Positions 46,025 through 55,911 of a DNA stretch of 64,000 nt are shown piece after piece (positions within the stretch are counted from its first letter, which is position 1; every line of letters starts with the position of its first letter). A model generated the notes under the pieces. It worked only from the letters and a program-made list of their open reading frames with translations. It was not told the DNA's origin and ran no database searches. Source of the DNA: an uncultured archaeon (lineage in GTDB: Archaea; Thermoproteota; Nitrososphaeria_A; Caldarchaeales; Wolframiiraptoraceae); NCBI GenBank assembly GCA_937974645.1, contig CALJVH010000010.1:65771-129770 (forward strand), written 5' to 3'. A program made the translations under genes and the position numbers.

Positions 46025-48766
46025 ATGGGGGTTCTTGTGGGGCTCGAGAATTCTCATGCTCTTCCTGTGAATGAAGTTTTGCAAATGCTTGAGACCGGTC
46101 CCAATGGTTTGAGCGAGGAGGAGGCCCGTAAAAGGCTTGAGGTTTATGGTTATAATGAGCTTGTGGCCGAGAAGCGCATTTCGGCGCTATCCATCTGGCT
46201 TAAACAGTTTAAGAGCCCACTCATCTTGATTCTTCTCGCCGCGACCACCATCTCTTATGTGATCTCAGTTATTGAGGGGGAGTTTCCGGTTGACAGCATA
46301 CTGATATTCGCCATCGTGATCGTTGCTTCGACTCTCGGATTCATCCAGGAGTATAGGGCTGAGAGGGCGATTGAAGCGCTTAAGAAGATGCTGACGCCCA
46401 TGGCCAAGGTTATCCGGGATGGTATCGAGAAGATTATTCCCGCCAAGGAGGTTGTCCCGGGAGATCTGCTGGTCGTATTTGCCGGGGATAGGGTTGTCGC
46501 GGACTGCAGGATCGTAGAATGCTATGACCTCCAAGTGGATGAGGCTCCTCTCACAGGCGAATCTGCTCCCGTCTTTAAGCACGTTGAGCCCGTCTCGATA
46601 GAGGCCTCTGTTCCGGATCGGGCTAGCATGCTTTACGCCGGGACCACCGTAACCTACGGTAAGGGTAAGGCTGTTGTGGTCGCAACGGGTATGAGGACCG
46701 AGCTTGGCAAGATCGCGGGCGAGGTTGCTGCAATCGAGGTATCCGAGACCCCTCTCGAGAGGAGAATGAGGGAGCTTGGAGGTGTATTGAGCAAGCTCGT
46801 GATAGTCATCTGCGTCGCGATCGCCCTGGCCCTTCTCCTTGAAGACCTACTCATCGTCGGCTATGTGTCCGCTGGAACGATAATCGAGGTGATGCTCTTC
46901 TCGATCGCGCTGGCCGTCGCGGTGATCCCGGAGGCCCTGCCAGCGATAGTCGCGGGAACGCTGGCGATAGGAATGAGGGAGATGGCGAAGGGGAACGCGC
47001 TGGTCCGTAGGATGCCGGCGGTCGAGACCTTAGGATGCGTCACCGTGATCTGCTCCGATAAGACTGGAACGCTGACAAAGGGCGAGATGACTGTCAAGAA
47101 GATCTACGTCGATGACATAGTTTACGAGGTCACAGGGGCTGGATATGAGCCCAAGGGCGAGATAATCGGGAATCTAAATGGCAGGTCCTTCGAACTCCTA
47201 ATGCTGAGCGCGATACTATGTAATGATGCTAGGCTTGCTAAGGGCGAGAAGAGGTGGAGCGTTGAAGGAGATCCGACCGAGGCGGCTCTCCTAGTCGCGG
47301 CGGAGAAGGCCGGCTTCAAGCATGATGAGATCCGGCTAAAGTATCTAAGGTTTGGTGAGATACCCTTCAGCTCTGAGCGCAAGAGGATGACGACTATCCA
47401 CGAGCTGGACAACTTGGGCCGGGTTGCTTTTATGAAGGGCGCCGTTGAGGTTGTCCTTGAGAGATGCAGGTACATCCAAGTAGCCCACGAGGTGAGGGAG
47501 CTTAGCGACGAGATGAGGGAGAGGATTCTAAAAGTTAACGAGGAGCTCGCTTCAAGTGCTCTCAGGAATCTCGCCTTCGCCTATAAGCGGCTCGATGGCT
47601 CAGCCTCGCAGTCGCCTGATGATGTGGAGCGGGACATGATCTTTCTCGGGATCATGGGGATGATCGATCCGCCCAGGGAGGAAGCGATAGAGGCCGTGAA
47701 GGTCTGCAAAAGGGTTGGGATAAAGCCGGTGATGATTACCGGCGATCATAAGCTCACGGCGGTCGCAATAGCCCGGGAGATGGGGATCTATGAGGAGGGG
47801 GATATGGTCTTGACCGGTGAGGAACTGGGGAAAATGAGAGAGGAGGAGCTCGAGAAGATAGTTGACAGGGTCACGGTCTATGCCAGGGTTCCACCAATAC
47901 AGAAGCTAAAGATCGTTAGAGCTTGGAAGAAGAGGGGCGAGATTGTCGCGATGACTGGCGATGGCGTGAATGATGCGCCGGCGGTGAAGCAAGCCGACAT
48001 AGGGATCGCGATGGGCATCACTGGGACAGAGGTAACCAAGGAGGCATCGGACATGATCCTGCTCGACGACAACTTCGCCACGATAGTCAAGGCAATAGAG
48101 CTTGGAAGATGGATATACGACAACATCAAGAAATACTTGGTTTACCTTCTTTCCTGCAACCTGATCGAGATAATCGTTCTCTCGATCGGCGCCCTGATCT
48201 CGATCTACATATTCAGGGAGTTCGCGCTTCCTCTCCTGCCAGCCCACATACTATACATAAACTTGGCGACGGACGGCTTCCCGGCCCTCGCGCTGGGAAT
48301 CTCGCCAGCGGAGCCTGACATTATGAGCCGGCCGCCTAGGGATCCCAGGGAATCAATCTTCAGCAAGGAGGTTCTACCGCTCCTGATAACAATTCCCGCG
48401 GTGATGTCTCCTATACTCCTCGGACTTTACTTCCTCGAGTATGGCGCGGGCGGAGAGGTGAGGGCCACAACCCTGATCTTCCTGACATTCATCTTCCTCG
48501 AGCTCATCGTGGCCATCAATTGCCGGTCTCTAAGGTTCTCGGTTCTGAAAGCACCCCCGCATAAGCTCCTCGCAGCGGCTATCTTCTGGGAAGCCACATT
48601 GATAAGCGTCCTAATCAATATCCCCGGCATACGTGAAGCTTTTAGGATAACATTACCCTATCCCGGCGACATACTCCTAATAGGCGCATCCTGCCTGATA
48701 GTCTTCCTAGTAATCGAGATAACTAAGGGTCTCGTGATCTCGAAGGTTGTTTCAAAACGTGTCTGA
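46025..48766 (+). CDS. P-type cation-transporting ATPase (P2/Ca2+-ATPase-like)
   Basis: ICSDKTGTLT, TGDHKLTA, MTGDGVNDAPAVKQADIGIAMG and the PEALPAIV transmembrane motif. 913 aa. Confidence 0.9.
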   Translation: MGVLVGLENSHALPVNEVLQMLETGPNGLSEEEARKRLEVYGYNELVAEKRISALSIWLKQFKSPLILILLAATTISYVISVIEGEFPVDSILIFAIVIVASTLGFIQEYRAERAIEALKKMLTPMAKVIRDGIEKIIPAKEVVPGDLLVVFAGDRVVADCRIVECYDLQVDEAPLTGESAPVFKHVEPVSIEASVPDRASMLYAGTTVTYGKGKAVVVATGMRTELGKIAGEVAAIEVSETPLERRMRELGGVLSKLVIVICVAIALALLLEDLLIVGYVSAGTIIEVMLFSIALAVAVIPEALPAIVAGTLAIGMREMAKGNALVRRMPAVETLGCVTVICSDKTGTLTKGEMTVKKIYVDDIVYEVTGAGYEPKGEIIGNLNGRSFELLMLSAILCNDARLAKGEKRWSVEGDPTEAALLVAAEKAGFKHDEIRLKYLRFGEIPFSSERKRMTTIHELDNLGRVAFMKGAVEVVLERCRYIQVAHEVRELSDEMRERILKVNEELASSALRNLAFAYKRLDGSASQSPDDVERDMIFLGIMGMIDPPREEAIEAVKVCKRVGIKPVMITGDHKLTAVAIAREMGIYEEGDMVLTGEELGKMREEELEKIVDRVTVYARVPPIQKLKIVRAWKKRGEIVAMTGDGVNDAPAVKQADIGIAMGITGTEVTKEASDMILLDDNFATIVKAIELGRWIYDNIKKYLVYLLSCNLIEIIVLSIGALISIYIFREFALPLLPAHILYINLATDGFPALALGISPAEPDIMSRPPRDPRESIFSKEVLPLLITIPAVMSPILLGLYFLEYGAGGEVRATTLIFLTFIFLELIVAINCRSLRFSVLKAPPHKLLAAAIFWEATLISVLINIPGIREAFRITLPYPGDILLIGASCLIVFLVIEITKGLVISKVVSKRV

Positions 48767-49285
48767 GCTCATGGAATCAATTTACCTTCCCATTCTTCTA
48801 GGTAACAGAGATCGTTAAAGTTCATTCTTCCGAGACTTTTGAGTTTCCGCGGGTTTGCCGGCCGGGATTATTACTTGGAGCAAGTAATCGTTTGGGATAC
48901 ATAGGAGCTCGTTCGCCCATCATGTTTCTGAGAATGTATAGATGAGAGTTGCGTATCCCAGTTCCTCTCCCGAGCCACGCTTTGAACTCCAGATTGGCTG
49001 ACTCGTGAAACCTCCTCTCAGCCTTTTCACATTCATCCTGATGAGCCTCTTTTAAATGGGACCCCAGATCCTCAGGGACTTCCATGGCTGCCTATTGGCT
49101 TCTGAGGGGCATTCCTCACAACCTCCAGAGTCTACAGCATATCTTCCATTAGTACCGGATCAGGCATATATGATCTAATAATTCTCGGAGCCCCATGCTC
49201 GTCATCCAGCAACTCTCGACCGCTGAAATATTACTTCGCGGAAGTTATCGAGCTCTTTGCGGTTTTCGTTAAAACGTTAATTAGG

Positions 49286-50623
49286 ATGCATGTTTATGAG
49301 AGCTGGAACATGACGAACCACAATCTAAAGATCCTCGAGGAGGAGAGGAAGAAGGTCCTGGAGAAGATAAGGGCCCTCTCGACATTCAGCGGATTTGACG
49401 CGGATAGCTGGGAGGAGCTTAAGAAGCTTGTATACGAGCCCCTGCCACTGAGCGTAGACGTAATCGTGGATGATACAACGCTGAGGGAAGGCTTCCAGAT
49501 GGCCGGCCTACTGAACCCGAGACCTGAGGAGTATCTGAGGATAGCGATGATTCTCAGGGAGATCGGGATAGAGCGGCTGGAGGTAATGATGTACACCAAA
49601 ACGGATAGAGAGGCGATAAGGCTGATGAGGGATGAGGGGCTCATACCGCTTCTCGCGGGGTGGTGCAGGGCTAACAAGGCGGATATAGACATGGCGCTGG
49701 AGCTTGACCTCCAGCAGGTGGGGATCTCTCATCCAGTCTCCTACATCCACTTCAGCAAGTGGTCAGACATCTCTTTAGAAGACTTAGTAAACAGGGTCGT
49801 CGATGCTGTCGCTTACGCGAGGGGGCATGGCCTCAAAGTCTTCGTTCATGGGGAGGATAGCACGAGAGCTGACTGGAGATTCGAGAAGATATTCATAAAC
49901 GCGGTCGCAGAGGCCGGTGCGGAGGTCTACAGGATCTGTGATACTATTGGATGCGGCATGTCAGATCCACGCGCGCCATTGCCAAAGGGGATACCGGAGA
50001 AGGTTAAGAAGATCAGAGTGGAGACGAAGATACCTTACATCGAGATACACGCGCATGACGACCTCGGGAATGCCGTTGAAAATACTATGGCAACGATTAG
50101 AGCGGCTGACGGGCTATACGACAAGGTATACGTCAGCACGACCTTCCTCGGCCTAGGCGATAGGGCTGGAAATGCTGAGACCGAGAAGGTGATCATGAAC
50201 TGCTACATGCACTACGATGTCAGGAAGTGGAATCTGAAGCCGCTCAGGGAGCTCGCGGTCTACATAGCCTCAGCTCTTGGATATCACCTCCCGATAAACA
50301 AGGCCATAGTTGGTGATGGAGTCTTCGCCCACGAGTCCGGCATACACCTCCATGGGATCTCGAAGCTACCCCTAACCTATGAGCCCTTCCCGCCGGAGCT
50401 GGTGGGCCAGAGAAGATCAATAGTGATCGGGAGGAGGTCTGGAAAGCATGGGATAAGACTCAAGCTTGAGGAGATTCTTGGGAAGAAGGTGGATGAGAAT
50501 GATCCAAGGCTCATGAACCTGGTTGAGATGATAACGGCCGAGTTCTCGACACGTGAGAGAAGATACCCAATGGGCGAGCAGGAGTTCAGGCTATATGCGA
50601 AAAGAGCAGGCTTCGAGGTCTAA
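49286..50623 (+). CDS. Divergent LeuA/homocitrate/citramalate synthase-family (DRE-TIM) protein lacking the C-terminal regulatory domain
   Basis: HMGL-like barrel with HAHDDLGNAVENT (H-x-H retained), but TTLREGFQ in place of the canonical TTLRDGEQ. There is an N-terminal extension of about 60 aa. Alternative start at 49310. Confidence 0.7.
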   Translation: MHVYESWNMTNHNLKILEEERKKVLEKIRALSTFSGFDADSWEELKKLVYEPLPLSVDVIVDDTTLREGFQMAGLLNPRPEEYLRIAMILREIGIERLEVMMYTKTDREAIRLMRDEGLIPLLAGWCRANKADIDMALELDLQQVGISHPVSYIHFSKWSDISLEDLVNRVVDAVAYARGHGLKVFVHGEDSTRADWRFEKIFINAVAEAGAEVYRICDTIGCGMSDPRAPLPKGIPEKVKKIRVETKIPYIEIHAHDDLGNAVENTMATIRAADGLYDKVYVSTTFLGLGDRAGNAETEKVIMNCYMHYDVRKWNLKPLRELAVYIASALGYHLPINKAIVGDGVFAHESGIHLHGISKLPLTYEPFPPELVGQRRSIVIGRRSGKHGIRLKLEEILGKKVDENDPRLMNLVEMITAEFSTRERRYPMGEQEFRLYAKRAGFEV

Positions 50624-50672
50624 GTGAGACTAAGGCTAAAATTAACGCATGAACTGGGTCCGGTGGTCATAT

Positions 50673-51710
50673 ATGGGTAAGAAGGCCGCCCTCATTCGTG
50701 GAGACGGAGTTGGCCCCGAGCTGGCTGACGCGATCATGACGATCCATGAAGCCGTCGGCAGCAAGGTCGAGATAATACCCGTCGAGGCGGGCTATGAGTG
50801 GTGGCTGAAGCATGGTGGAGATTCACTGATACCAAAGGAAACATGGGATGTTCTCAAGCAGTCCAATGCCGTTCTCAAGTGCCCGACAACGACTCCCCCA
50901 GAAATAAAGCACTTGAGGAGCGTGGCGGTTAGCATAAGGCAGAGATTCGACCTATACGCAAACATCAGGCCAATCAAGACCATCGGCGGGATCAGAGGTA
51001 GGCTCGGCCCGGTCGACCTAATATGCGTCAGGGAGGCGACGGAGGGGCTTTACAGCGGGGTGGATGTGAGGCTGACACCGGATGTGGCCGTCGCAATCAG
51101 GAAGATAAGCAGGAAGCAATCTCTGAGAGTCACTAGGAAAGCATTCGAGATAGCAAGGGAGAACGGCTGGAAGAGAGTCGTGGTAGTCACGAAGAGGAAC
51201 ATTCTAAAAGAGACCGACGGCCTCTTCATCGAGGCTGTCCAAGAAGTCGCGAAAGACTACCCAGAGATAAGCTGGGAGGAGTATTTTGTAGATAACTTGG
51301 CTCAGCAGCTTGTCAAGAATCATGAGAAATTCAATCAGGCTGTGATACTTGGCACAAACCTCTTCATGGACATAATAAGCGAGGAAGCCGCGGCACTCGT
51401 CGCCAGCATAGGAATGGTCTACTCAGCAAACATGGGCGACAACTACGCGATGTTCGAGCCGGCACATGGGAGCGCGCCAAAGTATAAGGGGCAGAACAAG
51501 GTGAACCCCACTGCCACAATACTATCCTACGCTTGGATGATCGGATATCTCGGGGAGAAGGATAAGATGAACAGCATATTTAGGGCCACCGAGCAGGTCA
51601 TAGCTGAGGGGAAAAATGTGACATATGATCTAGGAGGAAATGCCTCAACATCCGAAATGACCGAGGCAATTGCCAAGAAGATCAGGATAGTCCTTGATAA
51701 AGGTCAGTAA
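50673..51710 (+). CDS. Divergent isocitrate/isopropylmalate/homoisocitrate dehydrogenase-family protein
   Basis: IRGDGVGPE, LYANIRP and EPAHGSAP are retained. However, TKRN replaces HKAN, NLFMDIISE replaces N(L/M)FGDILSD, and SAPKYKG replaces SAPDIAG. It lies 49 nt downstream of the LeuA-like gene. Confidence 0.7.
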   Translation: MGKKAALIRGDGVGPELADAIMTIHEAVGSKVEIIPVEAGYEWWLKHGGDSLIPKETWDVLKQSNAVLKCPTTTPPEIKHLRSVAVSIRQRFDLYANIRPIKTIGGIRGRLGPVDLICVREATEGLYSGVDVRLTPDVAVAIRKISRKQSLRVTRKAFEIARENGWKRVVVVTKRNILKETDGLFIEAVQEVAKDYPEISWEEYFVDNLAQQLVKNHEKFNQAVILGTNLFMDIISEEAAALVASIGMVYSANMGDNYAMFEPAHGSAPKYKGQNKVNPTATILSYAWMIGYLGEKDKMNSIFRATEQVIAEGKNVTYDLGGNASTSEMTEAIAKKIRIVLDKGQ

Positions 51711-51798
51711 AATATTATGTGAACGCCTATTCTCCCGATTCCGCGATAAAGAAAAATGATTTTTTAAGAAGTTGTTGAAGAATCTCTGCTTCGAGTTT

Positions 51799-52560
51799 TC
51801 AGAATCTTTCGACAGCTGTTATAGTCATTCCTCCATCAACGATCAATGCCTGTCCAGTAATGTAGCTTGCCTCATCACTTGCTAAGTAAATAGCTGCATC
51901 AGCTATGTCCTCTGGCTTTGCAAGTCTTCCGAGAATGCACCGTGAGGCCATTCGCTTCCTCTCACTCTCATCTGTCACCGCGAAGAGAAGAGGTGTCTCA
52001 GTCGGCCCCGGACATATCGCATTCACTCTAATATTGTATGGTGCTAGCTCAACGGCCATTGCTCTTGTAAGAGTTAGAACAGCGCCCTTCGATGCCGAGT
52101 AGGCTGCATGACCGGGCTCTCCCACTATAGCCGCCTTCGACGAGATATTGATTATAACCCCATTTCTCCTTTCCATCATGTGTGGCACGATTACTTGCGA
52201 TGGAATCACTATTCCCAAGACGTTGACTTTGAAGAGGAGCTCCCAGAACTCTAATGGCTCCTCCCAAAATGGTTTCCCGCGATAAATCCCCACGTTATTC
52301 ACCAAAATATCTATCCTTCCATATTTCTTGAGAACCTCGGAGGCTATTTCCTCGATCCTTTCACGCGATGTTACATCTCCTTGAAACGCTACAGCTTCTC
52401 CTCCGCTTCCCCGTATCTTCCTAGCGGCTTCCTCCACCTTATCGCCAGCAATATCTACTATCGCAACCTTAGCTCCCTCACCTGCAAACTTCGTAACTAT
52501 CGCAAAACCAATACCGCTCGCTCCACCAGTTACGATCGCAATTCTATCCTTCAGCCTCAT
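51799..52560 (-). CDS. Short-chain dehydrogenase/reductase (FabG/glucose-1-dehydrogenase-like)
   Basis: TGGASGIG, NNVG and YSASKGAV. Confidence 0.85.
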   Translation of the reverse strand: MRLKDRIAIVTGGASGIGFAIVTKFAGEGAKVAIVDIAGDKVEEAARKIRGSGGEAVAFQGDVTSRERIEEIASEVLKKYGRIDILVNNVGIYRGKPFWEEPLEFWELLFKVNVLGIVIPSQVIVPHMMERRNGVIINISSKAAIVGEPGHAAYSASKGAVLTLTRAMAVELAPYNIRVNAICPGPTETPLLFAVTDESERKRMASRCILGRLAKPEDIADAAIYLASDEASYITGQALIVDGGMTITAVERF

Positions 52561-52703
52561 ACGTCTTACACATGAACTAGAATGACTTAAATCTTTACTT
52601 TATGATGATCCTCAGAAAATCAATAATTAATTATCGAAAAATTCTCGGACGTAATGAAGGATCTATGAGCTTCAATTTATCATAAATATCGCTGATCTTC
52701 AAC

Positions 52704-53840
52704 TTATTCTATCGGTAGGCCTATCGGCTTATGCTCTTTTATTGATCTTATGGCGGCAAGTGTTGCTTCCAAAGTCTTTTTTCCATCTTCTCCCGTGACC
52801 TCGGGCTCTCGATTCTCAATTATGGACTTTAGGAAGCTTTCAGCCTCAGATACGTAGGCTTCTCTGAATCTATCCCTCCAGCTGTGGAATGACTCGGTTG
52901 TTATCTTTTGATCCTTATGGCAGATTAGCAGGCTCGTTCCCTGAATTTCTCCTATAGCGATCAAGCCTTCTGTTCCGAGCACCTCGACCCTAGCATCATA
53001 GGCGTAATTGACCGGGCAACCACCATCGATTACACCGAGCCCACCTCTATGAAATCTGGCCATAACAGCGACTATATCGTGGAATCCAGGGAATTCTTCC
53101 GCCACATCCGGTCTTAGTAGCGCCGCGGCATCAGCATAAATCGTTTTGAACTCGTCATTCATGAACCATCTAAGCGTATCAAAATCATGACTATTGACCT
53201 CCGCGACCATGCCTAAGCCGGTTTTTGGATCAAGCGCCCATCTTGGGGGTAGCCCGGGTCCCCTCCCAACAGACTTTACTAGGACCGGTTTACCTATTAT
53301 CCCCTCATCGATTAAGGATTTAGCCTTTCTAAATTCCGGATCAAACCTTCTCATGAAGCCTATTTGAAGTTTCACGTTATTTCTTCTGGCGGCTGCGATC
53401 ATTTCATCAGCTTCCCTCAGTGTAAGGGACATAGGTTTTTCGCAGAAAACATGTTTTCCCGCCTCAGCGGCCTCGACAGCTAGAGGGCAATGCGTGAATG
53501 TTGGAGTAGTTATAAAGACTGCATCAAAGTCCTCCTTTTTTATGGCGTCCGTAAGGCTTTCGTAATAACTTATGCTACCTAAGTTGTTTGCCAGATTTTT
53601 CGCGGCCTCCATATTGGAGTCAACTACAGCTACAACCTCTGCTATGGAGATCCTGTAGGCCAGGTTTGTTCCATGGACCTGTCCGGTTCTACCGGCACCA
53701 ACAATGCAGACCTTGACCTTCTTCGTTTTATACCACCTAGTTGGTGAGCTCGGATACCCGCTTAAAAACGTTATTTCCGCGTAGTATAAGAAGTGATTTA
53801 TATTACATTTTCTCAATCTCAACTTTGACGGTCTCGCCAT
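52704..53840 (-). CDS. Gfo/Idh/MocA-family NAD(P)-dependent oxidoreductase
   Basis: Rossmann VKVCIVGAGRTGQVH, EKPM motif (VFCEKPMSLT), and a C-terminal alpha/beta domain. The only canonical starts lie about 40 codons upstream of the Rossmann strand, so there is either an N-terminal extension or an uncertain start. Confidence 0.8.
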   Translation of the reverse strand: MARPSKLRLRKCNINHFLYYAEITFLSGYPSSPTRWYKTKKVKVCIVGAGRTGQVHGTNLAYRISIAEVVAVVDSNMEAAKNLANNLGSISYYESLTDAIKKEDFDAVFITTPTFTHCPLAVEAAEAGKHVFCEKPMSLTLREADEMIAAARRNNVKLQIGFMRRFDPEFRKAKSLIDEGIIGKPVLVKSVGRGPGLPPRWALDPKTGLGMVAEVNSHDFDTLRWFMNDEFKTIYADAAALLRPDVAEEFPGFHDIVAVMARFHRGGLGVIDGGCPVNYAYDARVEVLGTEGLIAIGEIQGTSLLICHKDQKITTESFHSWRDRFREAYVSEAESFLKSIIENREPEVTGEDGKKTLEATLAAIRSIKEHKPIGLPIE

Positions 53841-54183
53841 CCTTCACCTTTCTGAGGTCGTTCAACCCGTTGATAACTTTGCCTAGGGGCTTGACATCAC
53901 TATAGGCAACGGGCTTCTCACTCCTACTTAGAGGGGTCGGGCCGAAGAAGATGCAAAAAGAATTGCCCTCAGGCCAGTATGCAATTTCTCCGATTTCCAT
54001 CAGCGTCTTTTCACCCTTAAATCTAAGCTTCACCGGTAACTCGAAGTATATTTCATCACCCCAGCGCTCTGCCTCCGACTCGAATGGAGAATATTGAAGG
54101 AGGCCTTCTAATTCAGGATCCTCTATTAGTTCGCAAATCACCTTAACGCCGCCCTTGAATTCTAGTGTAACTTGATAGGGCAT
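53803..54183 (-). CDS. Cyclophilin-like-fold small protein (COG2164-type, uncharacterised)
   Basis: 126 aa. The pattern ...WGDEIYFELPV...GEIAYWPEGNSFCIFFGPTP...PVAYSDVKPLGKV matches, as I recall, the cyclophilin-like uncharacterised family. Confidence 0.5.
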   Translation of the reverse strand: MPYQVTLEFKGGVKVICELIEDPELEGLLQYSPFESEAERWGDEIYFELPVKLRFKGEKTLMEIGEIAYWPEGNSFCIFFGPTPLSRSEKPVAYSDVKPLGKVINGLNDLRKVKDGETVKVEIEKM

Positions 54184-54236
54184 AGCCGGTCTAAATTATC
54201 GCGGTCTGCCTCACTTAAATACATCTCGCCTCATCA

Positions 54237-54929
54237 TCAACTATCTTCTGACGGCATTCTCTTTAGGTCCTCGATTATCTGTGTGCCGGAGCTTGTTCCA
54301 AGTCTATCTGCCCCAGCTTCTAGAAAACTGATGGCCTGCTCTCCGGTTCTTATGCCTCCAGCCGCCTTTATTTTGATGCTGGGCGATAGGACGCTTCTTA
54401 AAAGCTTCACGTCCTCTATTTTTGCTCCTGAAAAGCCGAATCCTGTCGAGGTTTTAATGTAATCCGCTCCAGCCCTCTCAGCAATTTTGGCGGCAATTAT
54501 CTTCTCCTCATCGGTCAGATAGCAACATTCTATAATGACCTTTAGAATGTTCTCGCCTACTGCCTGCTTGATCTCCCTAATCTCATCCTCCACGTAATCG
54601 TATTTCTCGGACTTCAGCATCGGCAAGTTTATCACCATATCGATCTCCGTCGCACCCTCCTCGACCGCGCGCCTCGCTTCTTCCACCTTTATCTCCTTAA
54701 ATGTTGAGCCGAGAGGAAATCCAACTACTGTGCAGACTTTGATCCCCGTGTTCCTCAAAATCTCATAGGCTAGTGGGACATAGATTGGGTTAACGCATAC
54801 CGCTGCAAATTTGTACTCTATTGCTTCCCTGCATAACTTTAGAATATCATCTTCCTTCGCATGGGCATGTAGCATCGTGTGATCTATTGTTTTTGCAACA
54901 CGCTCAATGGACCAGCTAATCTTGCTCAT
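54237..54929 (-). CDS. deoC: Deoxyribose-phosphate aldolase
   Basis: IDHTML, AAVCVNP, VCTVVGFPLG, EIDMVINL, and YIKTSTGF with the Schiff-base lysine. Confidence 0.85.
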   Translation of the reverse strand: MSKISWSIERVAKTIDHTMLHAHAKEDDILKLCREAIEYKFAAVCVNPIYVPLAYEILRNTGIKVCTVVGFPLGSTFKEIKVEEARRAVEEGATEIDMVINLPMLKSEKYDYVEDEIREIKQAVGENILKVIIECCYLTDEEKIIAAKIAERAGADYIKTSTGFGFSGAKIEDVKLLRSVLSPSIKIKAAGGIRTGEQAISFLEAGADRLGTSSGTQIIEDLKRMPSEDS

Positions 54930-54941
54930 GGACGAAATTTC

Positions 54942-55592
54942 ATGAGACGCCTTTTTAAAAAAACTTTATGCCCCTCATCCCCCATCAAACATTATGAATT
55001 GACTAGAGAAATTCTCCTTGAAAATTTAAGAAGAGAGGCCGAGGGATGTAGGAGATGTGCTTTATGGAAGACTAGGAATAGGCTGGTATTTGGTGAGGGG
55101 CCGGCCGACGCCAAGATCATGCTCATCGGCTTGGGTCCCGGAAAGCGGGAAAATCTTCAGGGGAGACCTTTTGTCGGCGCTGCTGGGAAGTTCCTGGATC
55201 AACTTCTCGCTGAGGCAGGGTTGAATAGAGGCCGAATCTACATAACCAATGTTGTCAAGTGCTTTTTGCCCGAGAATAAGGCATCTGAAGAGCAGGTTGA
55301 GGCATGCACCCCGTATCTTAATCAGCAAGTTGAGATCATCCAGCCCAAGCTAATAATCGCTTTAGGGAACGTCGCGGCATGTTATCTGCTTGAAAAGTTC
55401 GGCTTGAGATGCGAAGCCATGGAGAGGGTTCATGGCAGAGTATATGAGGTCTCGAGCCTGACTCTGAGCCTCCGCATAGTCCCTATGTACCACCCTGCTT
55501 CAGCTCTCAGGAGCCCTGGGCTTAGAGGCGAGCTGATGAAGGATTGGAGGGAGCTTGGCAAGACGCTAAAAGATCTCGGGCTAGCTGGTTAA
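54942..55592 (+). CDS. Family 4 uracil-DNA glycosylase (Fe-S type)
   Basis: CRRCALWKTRNRLVFGEGPADAKIMLIGLGPG...GRPFVGAAGKFL, ...VKC...C, and HPA. ATG 54942 avoids overlap with deoC. Confidence 0.85.
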   Translation: MRRLFKKTLCPSSPIKHYELTREILLENLRREAEGCRRCALWKTRNRLVFGEGPADAKIMLIGLGPGKRENLQGRPFVGAAGKFLDQLLAEAGLNRGRIYITNVVKCFLPENKASEEQVEACTPYLNQQVEIIQPKLIIALGNVAACYLLEKFGLRCEAMERVHGRVYEVSSLTLSLRIVPMYHPASALRSPGLRGELMKDWRELGKTLKDLGLAG

Positions 55593-55616
55593 ACTTAATA
55601 CCTCGGACGAGCTAGT

Positions 55617-55910
55617 TTGATGAGGATGAGGGTTAAGGTGAAGTATTTCGCGTCGATAAGAGAGCTTTTCGGGGTTGGCGAGGAGGAGTATGAGGTTGAG
55701 AAAGGGGTTAAGCTGATGGATTTACTGCTTAATTATATTCCGGGGAGGCATGCGCACACCGCTGATCTCTGGAAGAGGAAGCTTGAAGGTTTTATGAGGG
55801 GAGAGGAGTCGAGCTACATAGTTATCGTGAACGGCGATAGGGCGAGACTTGACCAAGAACTTAAAGATGGTGACGTGATCGCGGTTCTCCCACCCGTTGG
55901 GGGAGGATGA
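55617..55910 (+). CDS. moaD: MoaD/ThiS-family sulfur-carrier protein
   Basis: 97 aa beta-grasp-sized protein ending in ...LPPVGGG. Confidence 0.75.
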   Translation: MMRMRVKVKYFASIRELFGVGEEEYEVEKGVKLMDLLLNYIPGRHAHTADLWKRKLEGFMRGEESSYIVIVNGDRARLDQELKDGDVIAVLPPVGGG

Positions 55911-55911
55911 G

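Noticed and set aside
52595-52695. Candidate C/D box sRNA (ATGATGA at about 52601 and CTGA at about 52688). Similar C-box-like strings occur near 12893 and 17135.
   Set aside because: Box spacing is wrong, at about 85 nt without proper C'/D' boxes. No terminal stem is present, and no matching D box lies at the right distance for the other candidates.
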